From: a virus
Length of the DNA: 64,000 bases
Reading direction: 5' to 3' (one strand)
IMG/VR virus record: IMGVR_UViG_3300020190_000007
Span: 1-64,000 of that record
Below, piece after piece: positions 17,114 through 26,553 of this stretch. Made by a program: the position numbers and the translations under genes. The number at the start of each line of letters is the position of its first letter. Position 1 is the first letter of the stretch. The notes under the pieces were generated by a model, which ran no database searches, had not been told where the DNA came from, and saw only the letters and a list, made by a program, of their open reading frames with translations.

Positions 17114-19480
17114 TTAAGAAATTTTAGGGGTAATAAAATCGATTGAACTGATGTTGTTATCTTTTTTTACCATAATCAAATTATCTGACCAATTTCTAAT
17201 TAACGGATTATGAGAAATAACAATTATGTGTTCAAAATAATCTTTAATTTTTTTGAAGAACTCACCAACCATCTCCAAATTCTCATCCGCTATTTTACCA
17301 AATATCTCATCCATCACAACAATATTGGGTTTAGGTAGTGATGATATTTTTGTTAATACACTTCTGAGAGCGAGAGATGATATGGTTTTTTCGTAACCAG
17401 AACCACTAACAAGGGGTTTCACTATTCTCGTTTCAGTGTCAATCATTATAAACTCTACCTCGTTTCTATCATTAATATTTAATTCCAAAATAAAATAGCA
17501 GCTATCAACTAAAAGTCTGTATAGCTCTTGATTGATTAGAGGTACCATATTTTTTAATATGACTTTAGATATTCCATTTTTACCAAAAATAGTTAGATAA
17601 ATCTTGAAAATAGATTGCGTTTCATTTTCGACTTTTATCTTCCTAATCAAATCTTTATTTGTTTCAATTTTTTCAGATAGAGTTTGATTTTGGTTTTTTA
17701 ATCTTTCAATGGTTGAACCGTAACTTCTCAAATTTGCATTAAGAGTTTCAATTTGAGACTTTAAACCGACTATTTCGGCATCTATCTTTTGATTCTCCTC
17801 TAGTTTTTGTTTATTGCGGTCATAGTTGTCGAGTTTTGTTTGTAACTTTTCAATCTCTATCTTTTTCTGTTCAACTTCCAATTCATATCTGGTCTTTTTG
17901 ATTTTGTTTTTTTCGTACTCATCATATTCTCTTTTCAAATCAATAAACACTTTTTCTTTTTCCACCAATTCATCGTACTTTTTACGATTATCTGTTTGAA
18001 TTTTTTTAATTGATTCAACCAATTCATTTAACTTATTAATCTCATCGGAGTGGTCGACTTCGTCTAATGCGCGCTTACAAGTCGGACATATCTGTCCCTC
18101 TTCTAATTGTTTTATTAGTTCTTCGTTTCGTTTAATTGAGTCCGCGTTTACCCTACCTTCCACAACTATCCCGTTCATTTCATCTTTTAGTAATAAATGA
18201 TTTTCTTCAAGATAAAATTGTGAAGGTTCTTTTACATTAACAGAATCTGCATTGGTAATTGAAACTTGTTTTTGTTTTTCTAAATTACCAATATCAACCT
18301 TTATTTGGCTTGTATTTGTACGAATCAAATCTTGGTCAATGTCTGTATTTCTTTTCGATAACAACTCATCTCTTTTATTTTCCGCGTCTTTTAAACTTGA
18401 TTGGGTTTTGGTTGTTTCATTTTCTAATCTATGTGTTTCTGATTTGTTTTCGTCAATACCTTCTTGAAAAGTGGTGATTTCTGTTTCTAAATCATTCACA
18501 TTATGATTATTTGAAATCAATTTTTTACTCCACTCACTTTGAATGGTTTTACAGATTTCTTCTTTCTCTTTTAAAATTTCTAAACCCAAAAACTTAGTCA
18601 ATATCAAACCTCTTGCAGTAGGTTTTGATTCGATGAGTTCTTCTAAATTATTTCCTGTTGTTAATATTGTTGATAGGAAGTCTTCTTCTGTACCAATTGC
18701 CTTCGTAATAAAATCTTCAGTCTCTCTGCGTTGTTCACCTGTCAAATTTTCAATCGTACCATCTTGATTTATTTTATAAAAATCCAATTTGTTTGTGACA
18801 TTGTAATCACCACTTTTTGTTTTTTTACGTGAACTTATTCTCTCAATTATATAGTCTTCGTTGTCTATTGTTATGTGACCCTTAACTTTTACTTCGTCAC
18901 TATTACTGAATCTATTAAAGATTTCTAAATTAGTTTTAGTTTTAGTGGTTTTATTAAAAAATAAAAACATCATCAAGTCTACTGTCGCAGTCGACTTTCC
19001 ACCAAAATTTTTAGGTGTAGATTCTACAACTGTAATGCCGGGTAATATTGTAAAATCGATATGGTTATTTTCCCCGTAGGATAGGAAATTTGAAAATTCA
19101 ACCTTTTTGATATACCATTTTGTGTATTTGATTCTATCACCGTTTTTACGGATAAATTCTTCATTTACTTTGTTGTCAAGATTATTGAGTCTTTCCAATG
19201 ATACACTAATTTCGTTCTCATCGACGAAATCTTTCATCAAAGTTTTTTGATATTGAAAATCAGATATATTTTCTGTTATATCCAAAGATGCCAATTTTGT
19301 TTGGTCGTCATTAGATATAACTTTGGTTATTATTTGAACGTACTTTGTGTTGTATTTCTTTTGAAAATATGATTTAACTCTATTGAGTTTTTCGGAGGTA
19401 AAGTTCTCGTGAGTATCCCGCCATGTGACTTTAATGTACGGATTATTAAGGTTGGTTACTTCTTTCTTTGTGGTGTCCAT
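17114..19480 (-). CDS. SbcC/Rad50/gp46-like SMC ATPase
   Basis: FSNFLSYG, GKST, coiled coils with CPTC zinc hook, VVMDE, IVISH. Confidence 0.9.
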   Translation of the reverse strand: MDTTKKEVTNLNNPYIKVTWRDTHENFTSEKLNRVKSYFQKKYNTKYVQIITKVISNDDQTKLASLDITENISDFQYQKTLMKDFVDENEISVSLERLNNLDNKVNEEFIRKNGDRIKYTKWYIKKVEFSNFLSYGENNHIDFTILPGITVVESTPKNFGGKSTATVDLMMFLFFNKTTKTKTNLEIFNRFSNSDEVKVKGHITIDNEDYIIERISSRKKTKSGDYNVTNKLDFYKINQDGTIENLTGEQRRETEDFITKAIGTEEDFLSTILTTGNNLEELIESKPTARGLILTKFLGLEILKEKEEICKTIQSEWSKKLISNNHNVNDLETEITTFQEGIDENKSETHRLENETTKTQSSLKDAENKRDELLSKRNTDIDQDLIRTNTSQIKVDIGNLEKQKQVSITNADSVNVKEPSQFYLEENHLLLKDEMNGIVVEGRVNADSIKRNEELIKQLEEGQICPTCKRALDEVDHSDEINKLNELVESIKKIQTDNRKKYDELVEKEKVFIDLKREYDEYEKNKIKKTRYELEVEQKKIEIEKLQTKLDNYDRNKQKLEENQKIDAEIVGLKSQIETLNANLRSYGSTIERLKNQNQTLSEKIETNKDLIRKIKVENETQSIFKIYLTIFGKNGISKVILKNMVPLINQELYRLLVDSCYFILELNINDRNEVEFIMIDTETRIVKPLVSGSGYEKTISSLALRSVLTKISSLPKPNIVVMDEIFGKIADENLEMVGEFFKKIKDYFEHIIVISHNPLIRNWSDNLIMVKKDNNISSIDFITPKIS

Positions 19481-19962
19481 TTATTCTTCTTTAAGTTATA
19501 AGTTTGAACGTGTTCTTTTTTAAAAGACATCCATTTTTCTATTTCCTCACTATTGTTTGGTTTGAATTCTGTGAAAAGTATCTTGTTTTTATTCTTAATT
19601 GTGGTAGGTTTTATTAGTATAACTTGAGTGAAATCTCTATTAGTTCTAATAAACCAATGTTTATTTTTATTTGGGGCTATTGTGTCACCTACTTTATCGT
19701 ACCAATATTTTACCTTACGTATTGGTATGTTAACAGTCCTAAAATCATAACCACTAATCAAAGAATATTCATTCTCCCAAAAATCACCAGTCCAACCTCC
19801 CTTTTCCAATTCCACACCAAATGAATTATCCTCAACACAAATTAAATCAATTGCCTTTGAATTAGGGTGTGACTCGAACAAAATGTTAAAAACTTCTTTA
19901 ATGAAAATTTTAGCAAAATTTCTTACTTCAGTGTCATCAAAATTTCTTTTTATATAACCCAT
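19456..19962 (-). CDS. Hypothetical protein, possibly PD-(D/E)XK-like fold
   Basis: IDL...GVELEK pattern. Confidence 0.45.
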   Translation of the reverse strand: MGYIKRNFDDTEVRNFAKIFIKEVFNILFESHPNSKAIDLICVEDNSFGVELEKGGWTGDFWENEYSLISGYDFRTVNIPIRKVKYWYDKVGDTIAPNKNKHWFIRTNRDFTQVILIKPTTIKNKNKILFTEFKPNNSEEIEKWMSFKKEHVQTYNLKKNKWTPQRKK

Positions 19963-19990
19963 TTAAAATTTTTGTACATCCCGTTAGGGT

Positions 19991-20335
19991 TTATTTGTTG
20001 AATCTGTTTTCTTCAAAGAATTCAACTATTCCATTTATTGCCCATACACTTCCGGCAGTAAACATACCGTCAAAGAAAATAGATGGTAACCAATGAACAC
20101 CAAATTGAGTTGTCATTCCCCCGAAACACAGTGACAAAAAGAATCCAACCCATGTTGATGTACACAACATGCAACTAATCAGTTCTGAAATAAATTTCCC
20201 GACTCTTTGAATAGGGGTATATTTATTTTTAGTCAAGTTATGTATGAAATTTCTCACTGAGTCTAAAATAGAACCATAAACGATTATGGTGCTCATTCCA
20301 TATGCCACCATAATCCAAATAAAAATGTTTGTCAT
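19991..20335 (-). CDS. DUF1360-like membrane protein
   Basis: ELISCMLCTSTWVG within TM segments. Confidence 0.6.
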   Translation of the reverse strand: MTNIFIWIMVAYGMSTIIVYGSILDSVRNFIHNLTKNKYTPIQRVGKFISELISCMLCTSTWVGFFLSLCFGGMTTQFGVHWLPSIFFDGMFTAGSVWAINGIVEFFEENRFNK

Positions 20336-20383
20336 GTTTTAATGTATTTTATAAAATATATAAAAAAAAAATCAATAAAAAAA

Positions 20384-20905
20384 TCATTCACCATATAAAG
20401 ATGAAAGGTTACTGTCCTTCATAAATTTACCTTTTTTACCGATACTCTCTAATGATTTTGTGAGATTTTTCAATTCCAAGTTCAATTTTTCATTTTCCAT
20501 TTTTAAGACGTTTAATTCCTCCTCGTTTTTTACCATAATAATCTTTTCAATTGGTACTTCTTTTATGACCTCTCTTACAACAATCTGAGTGTCACCTTTT
20601 ATCTCTATCGGTACCTCTTTAATAACCTCAACCGGCACTTCTTTTACTACTTCTCGAATAATTTCAATTGGTTTTTCAATTATTCTATCTATAGGAATCT
20701 CTTTAATTATTTCTTTGATTACTTCCTTCTCAACTATCTTTTCACCATTTTTAAATCCAAATGGTACTTCACCATACTTTACAATGTTGAAACCCTTTTT
20801 AAAAACTTTTTCTGCGAATTCTTGAGGGTTATCAATTTTGTTTAATTCACAATACTTTATGAATTCATTATCTAATGTTAAGTAGTTTTTCTGATTCATT
20901 GTCAA
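20384..20905 (-). CDS. Protein with (V/I)KEVP(V/I)E repeats and coiled coil
   Basis: EKEVIKEIIKEIPI...VVKEVPVEVIKEVPIE. Confidence 0.7.
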   Translation of the reverse strand: MTMNQKNYLTLDNEFIKYCELNKIDNPQEFAEKVFKKGFNIVKYGEVPFGFKNGEKIVEKEVIKEIIKEIPIDRIIEKPIEIIREVVKEVPVEVIKEVPIEIKGDTQIVVREVIKEVPIEKIIMVKNEEELNVLKMENEKLNLELKNLTKSLESIGKKGKFMKDSNLSSLYGE

Positions 20906-21674
20906 TATCTAATATGTCAGATATAGAGAAATGTAGGAAAGGTTGTTCATTCTCTATATCATAAGTATTGTATTCATCGTTTACTACATCATAAACACCA
21001 TATCCGTGATAATTAACTGTCTCACCAAAATTTTGTTGAATTAGCGAACCAATCATGACGGCTTTACCTCCATTGGGTAAGTCAAACATTTGTCTCTTAT
21101 GGATGTCACCACAAAGTAATAAATCTAACCCAACAAAATTTAATGGCGAGTAGGCGTTCTCAAATTCAAAACCTAAATCAGTAGACAACCCTTGAATTGG
21201 GCCGTGAAATAAACCGACATAAAACTTATTATCATCTTTTTCAAAATCCGGTCTTTGATTATGTTGGTATAAAGAATAAACCACCCAATTAATATTCTCA
21301 TCCTCAAACACCCCGCTATTTTTAAAATATTTAACATTTTCATTATTCAACATTTCAACGATTGGAGTGATGCTATCTAATCTACTTACATTGTTTTCTA
21401 AAAAATCATGGTTTCCTGGTATTATTATAACAGGTCCGATATTTTCATATATCTGTGTTAGAAACCAAGACGTGAGCATCATTTGTTCGTTTGAAATGTT
21501 AATTTTTTGATGAGCAATGTCACCAGTAATAATCACTCTTATCTCATCGTAATCACAATCTTCCACTCTTCTTATCACATCGTCAATTACCATCTTAAAT
21601 TGTTTCTTATACATGTCATGTAATTGAAAAGTCCTAATGTGTAAATCAGACATATGTATAATTTTTCTTATCAT
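20868..21674 (-). CDS. SbcD/Mre11/gp47-like metallophosphoesterase nuclease
   Basis: SDLH, TGD, PGNHD, FHG, GDIH. Confidence 0.9.
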   Translation of the reverse strand: MIRKIIHMSDLHIRTFQLHDMYKKQFKMVIDDVIRRVEDCDYDEIRVIITGDIAHQKINISNEQMMLTSWFLTQIYENIGPVIIIPGNHDFLENNVSRLDSITPIVEMLNNENVKYFKNSGVFEDENINWVVYSLYQHNQRPDFEKDDNKFYVGLFHGPIQGLSTDLGFEFENAYSPLNFVGLDLLLCGDIHKRQMFDLPNGGKAVMIGSLIQQNFGETVNYHGYGVYDVVNDEYNTYDIENEQPFLHFSISDILDIDNESEKLLNIR

Positions 21675-22525
21675 TTTAAGTATTTTTTTAAATCCATTTG
21701 TAAAATTGAATTGGTCATATCCGATGGGACTTTGTATTCTGTAAATGTTCCATTATCTTTAAGATGAGCGATAACACAACCTAATAATTTTATATTTGAA
21801 AACTTACTTTCCTCTAACATTTTTAATAATAGTTTACCGTATAATGGTAATTGAACATAATAGTGACTCAGGGCGGTGTTATAATAGTTTTCGAAGGGAT
21901 GTAACATTTTTGATGTGTAGGGTTGTATTTGAAAATTTTTTTCTTGGTTTGTTTTCCAATCCGTAACAACAATACCAAACCCGTCTTTTTGTTTGTTCAT
22001 CATTAACCAACATTTATCAGGTTGACCAACGTATCCTAATTCAGGGTCACCCAACACCATTTCAGTATCTAATAGCACCGCACCTCTTTCTTCCATTAAG
22101 GTTAAAAAATCTTTACCCGCCGATATCATACTGTCACTCTTCATGATTTGTTGATTGTCACATTCAAAAATTGGTTGTCTCACATCTTTGTAATTACCAT
22201 ATCTACCAACTAAATCAGTTTCTAACATGTAATGAACCCTACTACCTAAATTTGTAGAGTAATCACCGGCTTTCTTCCATTTTTCTAATAATAAACGAGT
22301 TTCTTCCTCGTCACCATCTGTCATTTGGTAAGCTTTAGATTCTGCATCAAATGGGATGTAAAATTTTTTAATCACTTTTGATACGGATGGAAAATTATTT
22401 CTATGTTTTCCATCTAAATCTCTCATAAAATAAATGTGTTCATCTTCATAAAAAGTAAGTTCTAACTCCTTTTTTCTAATTTCAACACACTCTCTAATTT
22501 CCTGTGCTATTTCTGTTAAATTCAT
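21671..22525 (-). CDS. PD-(D/E)XK exonuclease
   Basis: PSVS, GSRVH, GQPD...DWKT, YYVQLPLY. Confidence 0.8.
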   Translation of the reverse strand: MNLTEIAQEIRECVEIRKKELELTFYEDEHIYFMRDLDGKHRNNFPSVSKVIKKFYIPFDAESKAYQMTDGDEEETRLLLEKWKKAGDYSTNLGSRVHYMLETDLVGRYGNYKDVRQPIFECDNQQIMKSDSMISAGKDFLTLMEERGAVLLDTEMVLGDPELGYVGQPDKCWLMMNKQKDGFGIVVTDWKTNQEKNFQIQPYTSKMLHPFENYYNTALSHYYVQLPLYGKLLLKMLEESKFSNIKLLGCVIAHLKDNGTFTEYKVPSDMTNSILQMDLKKYLK

Positions 22526-22526
22526 T

Positions 22527-23465
22527 TTAATCTAATTTAAATTCTTTGTATTCAGTTAAGTTTCCTTGTAAATCTGCAATGTCTTTGTCTTTAGGTAGTT
22601 TCACGATGTTTATCTTACCCAATAGTTTACCACAATTTAATTTGTGATATAATTTTTCTGCGTCGTCCCACGCATCACCGTCTAACAATATTGTCACTTC
22701 ACATCTAAGGTCATATATTTTATTAAAGAGCAAATCACTTATGTACTTACCTAACATTGGGACGGCATTATCTAAAAAAATAGAGTCAAACGCACCCTCA
22801 ACTAAATAAATTTTTTTTGACCAATCTATCAAACTTTCATTAAAAATAATTGTCTCCTTTTGTACGTCAGGATTTTTATATTTTAATTTAGTTTTTGACA
22901 AAAATGAACGTGCAACAAAGTAATTGATTTGTCTCCATTCATTATAAGATGGGATTATTATTCTATTCTCATATGGTCCTGAGAATGCAAACCCCATATT
23001 GTGTTTTCTTATTATTTTGTCAGTAACGTTTCTCTTTTTTAGATACGCCATGGCTTGTCTATAGTGGTGAGTCAATTTAACACCGTTACTTGGATTATTA
23101 AGTGCAATAAATTCTTTGGGTAATTCAACTTGTTTGAATTGTTTCACCGCAAGTTCCACTTCGTCGGGTTTTAGTAATTCATATCTTTTTAGATGTTTTT
23201 CGTTTCCATATTTTTTTATGAGTTTGTAAACCGAGCCATGGGTATTGTACAATTCGGAACATGACCAACATTTATAAACCAACATTTTGTAGTTGATTTC
23301 TAAGTTACCTTTACCATCACCGTGGTCTAATCCTTTGATTTCATGGGAACATACAGGACAATCAAAAGCTATCTGTCCTTTGTATTCGTTATGCATTCTA
23401 CAGTTACCAAGAATATCTTCAAGGATGTCAATAACAGGTTTGTATTCAATTGCAACTGATGGCAT
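22527..23465 (-). CDS. DNA primase (Zn finger + TOPRIM)
   Basis: CPVC...CWSC, EGAFD, LDGDA, KDIAD; start moved to ATG 23465. Confidence 0.9.
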   Translation of the reverse strand: MPSVAIEYKPVIDILEDILGNCRMHNEYKGQIAFDCPVCSHEIKGLDHGDGKGNLEINYKMLVYKCWSCSELYNTHGSVYKLIKKYGNEKHLKRYELLKPDEVELAVKQFKQVELPKEFIALNNPSNGVKLTHHYRQAMAYLKKRNVTDKIIRKHNMGFAFSGPYENRIIIPSYNEWRQINYFVARSFLSKTKLKYKNPDVQKETIIFNESLIDWSKKIYLVEGAFDSIFLDNAVPMLGKYISDLLFNKIYDLRCEVTILLDGDAWDDAEKLYHKLNCGKLLGKINIVKLPKDKDIADLQGNLTEYKEFKLD

Positions 23466-23471
23466 AGATAA

Positions 23472-23500
23472 AATATACAAAATAAAAATTGTAAAACCAA
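23472..23500 (-). promoter_or_regulatory. sigma70-like promoter, probably leaderless primase mRNA
   Basis: TTGGTT-N17-TATATT; ATG 6 nt after the -10 box. Confidence 0.5.
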
Positions 23501-23507
23501 ACCGCAT

Positions 23508-23545
23508 AAAAAAGGTGGGGGTTGTACACCATAACCTCCCACCTT
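23508..23545 (-). terminator. Intrinsic terminator
   Basis: AAGGTGGG(A)GGTT/AACCCCCACCTT stem followed by T-run. Confidence 0.8.
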
Positions 23546-23597
23546 ATGTCAAAATACTAATGCTATCTTGACATTATTAGTTATTGAATCAAATTCT
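23508..23597 (-). ncRNA. Candidate ~90-nt small RNA
   Basis: Own promoter, 11-bp hairpin with strand-specific G.U pair, terminator hairpin + U6; no ORF. Confidence 0.45.
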
Positions 23598-23603
23598 TTT
23601 AAA

Positions 23604-23632
23604 AGTATACACAATCATTTTTGAAAAAACAA
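23604..23632 (-). promoter_or_regulatory. sigma70-like promoter for candidate sRNA
   Basis: TTGTTT-N17-TATACT. Confidence 0.45.
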
Positions 23633-23635
23633 AAT

Positions 23636-24244
23636 TTATTCAGAAATACCAGATTTTTGCATGTTTACAAATCCAATCACCGCGGTTGCCGCATCACTCA
23701 TATCGTAGTTTTCTTTTTTTAATTGACCGTTTTTACCATATAACCACTCGACCTCAGGACATACATCGTTTACGTTTTCCCATATAATATGTTTCTTATC
23801 GATATCTTTGGGTAATCCACCAAATAAAACGCTCTTACCTTTATCGTTTTTACCAATTAAACTTGGAAACGCGTACTTTCTTGCATTATAAGTGGTGATA
23901 AAAGTAGGTATAATACCTAAAATTTCATAGCACGATTTTAGAATCATGGTATTATATCTTAATAGTGTACCAACAGTATAAATGTTGTTTGAGTTCAAAA
24001 GAGGTTCCTCAATTATTATCCTTGTGATTCCAATGTCACTATACGATTCTAAATGTTTTTTAAAAGCATCCGCTTTCTTTAAGAGTTCCTCGATTTTGTC
24101 CTCGGGTTGTGGTTTTATTTTAGGAGAGAAATGTGTTAATTCTAAAAGTCGAGAAGAATTAATATCAAATAGCGCCCATCCGATGGTCTTAGTTGAAATG
24201 TCTAATCCCAAAATTTTGGGTGCATTCTTTAATTTTATACTCAT
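23636..24244 (-). CDS. RuvC-like Holliday junction resolvase
   Basis: ILGLDISTKTIG, IIIEEP, DMSDA; start moved to ATG 24244. Confidence 0.8.
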   Translation of the reverse strand: MSIKLKNAPKILGLDISTKTIGWALFDINSSRLLELTHFSPKIKPQPEDKIEELLKKADAFKKHLESYSDIGITRIIIEEPLLNSNNIYTVGTLLRYNTMILKSCYEILGIIPTFITTYNARKYAFPSLIGKNDKGKSVLFGGLPKDIDKKHIIWENVNDVCPEVEWLYGKNGQLKKENYDMSDAATAVIGFVNMQKSGISE

Positions 24245-24250
24245 ATAAAA

Positions 24251-24279
24251 ATTATATGAGATATTATTCAAAATGTAAA
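24251..24279 (-). promoter_or_regulatory. sigma70-like promoter, probably leaderless
   Basis: TTTACA-N17-TATAAT; ATG 6 nt downstream. Confidence 0.65.
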
Positions 24280-24282
24280 GAG

Positions 24283-26433
24283 TTAAAAATCTATTTTAAT
24301 TGCAAATACTTGAGTTCCGCTTCTCTTAACAGGATTGGCGGTTTTACCAATCGCCAAAACTTCTTTGTTTTCATTTAGTAACACAACCTCCGTAATTCTT
24401 TTATCTTGACCTGTCGTATATGTTGGGTTTTGGGTAACATTGAATTGACTGGCGGGTAGGTTTACCAAGAAATTCATTTTCTCGATGTCAGTTGCTCTTA
24501 TCAATTTGATACTACCAGGAAATGGTTGTTCATCACCAAACTGTGGTGAAGTTGAAGGTTGGTTTGGTATCTCACCAATATATGATTCTAAATCAAATAT
24601 TGTGGTATCGTTATCGTACATATCAAATGTCACTTGGAATGAATAGTCAACTAAGTTTGCAGGATTAATTGTGTTACCCACAGTATGATTTGGTATGTAC
24701 TGAGTCATGTCTAATAATTTCCAAAAATTTGGTTCAGGTAAATCACCGTAATCCGTGACTTGAATTAATAATTGGAACTGATTTGCAATAAATCCATTTT
24801 TAAAATTACAGGTACTACCTGTTACCATATCGGTAAAATACCCATTGGCAAACTTAACATATAATTGACTTGGTGTTGTGTAATATGTACTATCTGTTGT
24901 TGTTTCAAATTTAGTATAGTAATTACAAGGTAATCCATTCATTTTAGTATCACCCGTAAAGTTTAACATGTATGTCAACCATATAGTTTGTTCGGTTGAA
25001 CCTGAATAGAATGATTGGTTAGCGGGTAGGTCACTTGGTAATAAGTTTATTTTTGGTGCGGGTAATGTATATTTTCTGTTAGATTTGTAATCCATAACAG
25101 CAACTAATTCTTGGTCATCAATTACAACTACTTTATTATTTACAAAAATTTTACCAACTTTATTTCCAATCTCGTCTAAAAGATATCTGTACTTAATTTT
25201 TTGATATTCATTCTTCTTTGAACTCACAAAGTAATCAGTTGTGTCCATAGTAAGCAAAGCACCTATTGTTGTACCGGTATTTCTATGGTATTGAATAAAC
25301 GGTATATAAACTTCGAAATATTCTAAATCTGTGATTGTGTTACCGATTGAGTCTTCTAATAATGCCTGAGATTCCGTATTATTTGTACTAATATAATCAT
25401 CGTACTTATAGAATCTTTCTGGGTCATTTTTTAAATCCCCAAGTTCTGAATAATGGATTACAGCAATACACCTTTGTTCCTCAGGGGTTACTTCAATCAC
25501 TTCATCATATGAATTTTTGTAAGAAGTGGCGTTACTTACGGTGCTTCCTGAACTTGTTGTAAATGTCTGACCACTTGATGTTGTATAACCCAAAAATTGT
25601 TTAGTTGATACATGTTTATTTGATGTAAAACCCGTCAAATTTTCGTCTACACCGTCAACATCAAAACCAATTGGTTTCATACACCAAACTACGTTCATGG
25701 TCCATGAATTTAATTGTTGTGTCGGGTCAATTTCCACGGGTCTACAGTTTGGATTATATGTAACACTTACGGGGTATTCATTTTCACAAGAATTACATAC
25801 CACTTGAGCAGGACCTGTACAACCTGAAAAATTAGGTGTTGTCCTATCAAGGTAAAGTGTATTTCCCGTTACACCCGTTATTTTATATATTAAACTGTTT
25901 GTCTCACCAGTGATTACAGGATGATTTGGGTCATTCCCACAAAAACCACCATAAACTATTGTTATGTATTCACAATCATTAAAACTAGCACCTGTTAGTA
26001 CTACCACACTATTATCTCCTGTCATTGCTGACAAGGATATTTGTTGAGTCTCACATTCAACACTGGTTCCTGTACAATTACTACTGTCGTAATCAATATA
26101 TTCAGTAACAAAACCGGCCGGTCCCATAACATTTCTCAAGGTATCGGTAGTTGAAGATTGTACAGGAATACCATAAACAGTAGAACCTGTGTTACTACTG
26201 TCTAATTTATATGGATATTTTACTCCACCCTCTTTATCAAAAGGCGCAAAAACCATTTGAAATGGTTCCGAGTTTAATCCTGTAAAACTATCAAACGGAG
26301 ATGTATAATCAAATTCAGAATCGCCGATTTGAAAATATGCAATATTGAAACTACCTTTCGCAATAGAATTTCTACCTTTTTGGGTAATCCTAACCGATAA
26401 AAATTCTGAATTATTATTACTTAAAAAACTCAT
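24283..26433 (-). CDS. Virion structural protein (baseplate/tail-fibre attachment-like)
   Basis: N-terminal ITQKGR...FQIGDSE and C-terminal RITEVVLLNENKEVLAIGK...IKIDF; late motif upstream. Confidence 0.65.
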   Translation of the reverse strand: MSFLSNNNSEFLSVRITQKGRNSIAKGSFNIAYFQIGDSEFDYTSPFDSFTGLNSEPFQMVFAPFDKEGGVKYPYKLDSSNTGSTVYGIPVQSSTTDTLRNVMGPAGFVTEYIDYDSSNCTGTSVECETQQISLSAMTGDNSVVVLTGASFNDCEYITIVYGGFCGNDPNHPVITGETNSLIYKITGVTGNTLYLDRTTPNFSGCTGPAQVVCNSCENEYPVSVTYNPNCRPVEIDPTQQLNSWTMNVVWCMKPIGFDVDGVDENLTGFTSNKHVSTKQFLGYTTSSGQTFTTSSGSTVSNATSYKNSYDEVIEVTPEEQRCIAVIHYSELGDLKNDPERFYKYDDYISTNNTESQALLEDSIGNTITDLEYFEVYIPFIQYHRNTGTTIGALLTMDTTDYFVSSKKNEYQKIKYRYLLDEIGNKVGKIFVNNKVVVIDDQELVAVMDYKSNRKYTLPAPKINLLPSDLPANQSFYSGSTEQTIWLTYMLNFTGDTKMNGLPCNYYTKFETTTDSTYYTTPSQLYVKFANGYFTDMVTGSTCNFKNGFIANQFQLLIQVTDYGDLPEPNFWKLLDMTQYIPNHTVGNTINPANLVDYSFQVTFDMYDNDTTIFDLESYIGEIPNQPSTSPQFGDEQPFPGSIKLIRATDIEKMNFLVNLPASQFNVTQNPTYTTGQDKRITEVVLLNENKEVLAIGKTANPVKRSGTQVFAIKIDF

Positions 26434-26442
26434 GGTTATATT

Positions 26443-26449
26443 ATAAATA
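26443..26449 (-). promoter_or_regulatory. TATTTAT putative late motif
   Basis: 9 nt upstream of ATG 26433. Confidence 0.55.
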
Positions 26450-26553
26450 CTTTATTATAAATTATCAATATTCAAATTTAAATTATTATCCCTACATACA
26501 TAAGGTCCTTGAGTCACCGCATATAATCCACATATAATTGTACGTCCACATCA

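Noticed and set aside
26442-26449. + strand TATAAATA as canonical T4 late promoters
   Set aside because: They would point away from the adjacent - strand genes, into the 3' ends of upstream genes; spacing to the ATGs supports the TATTTAT reading
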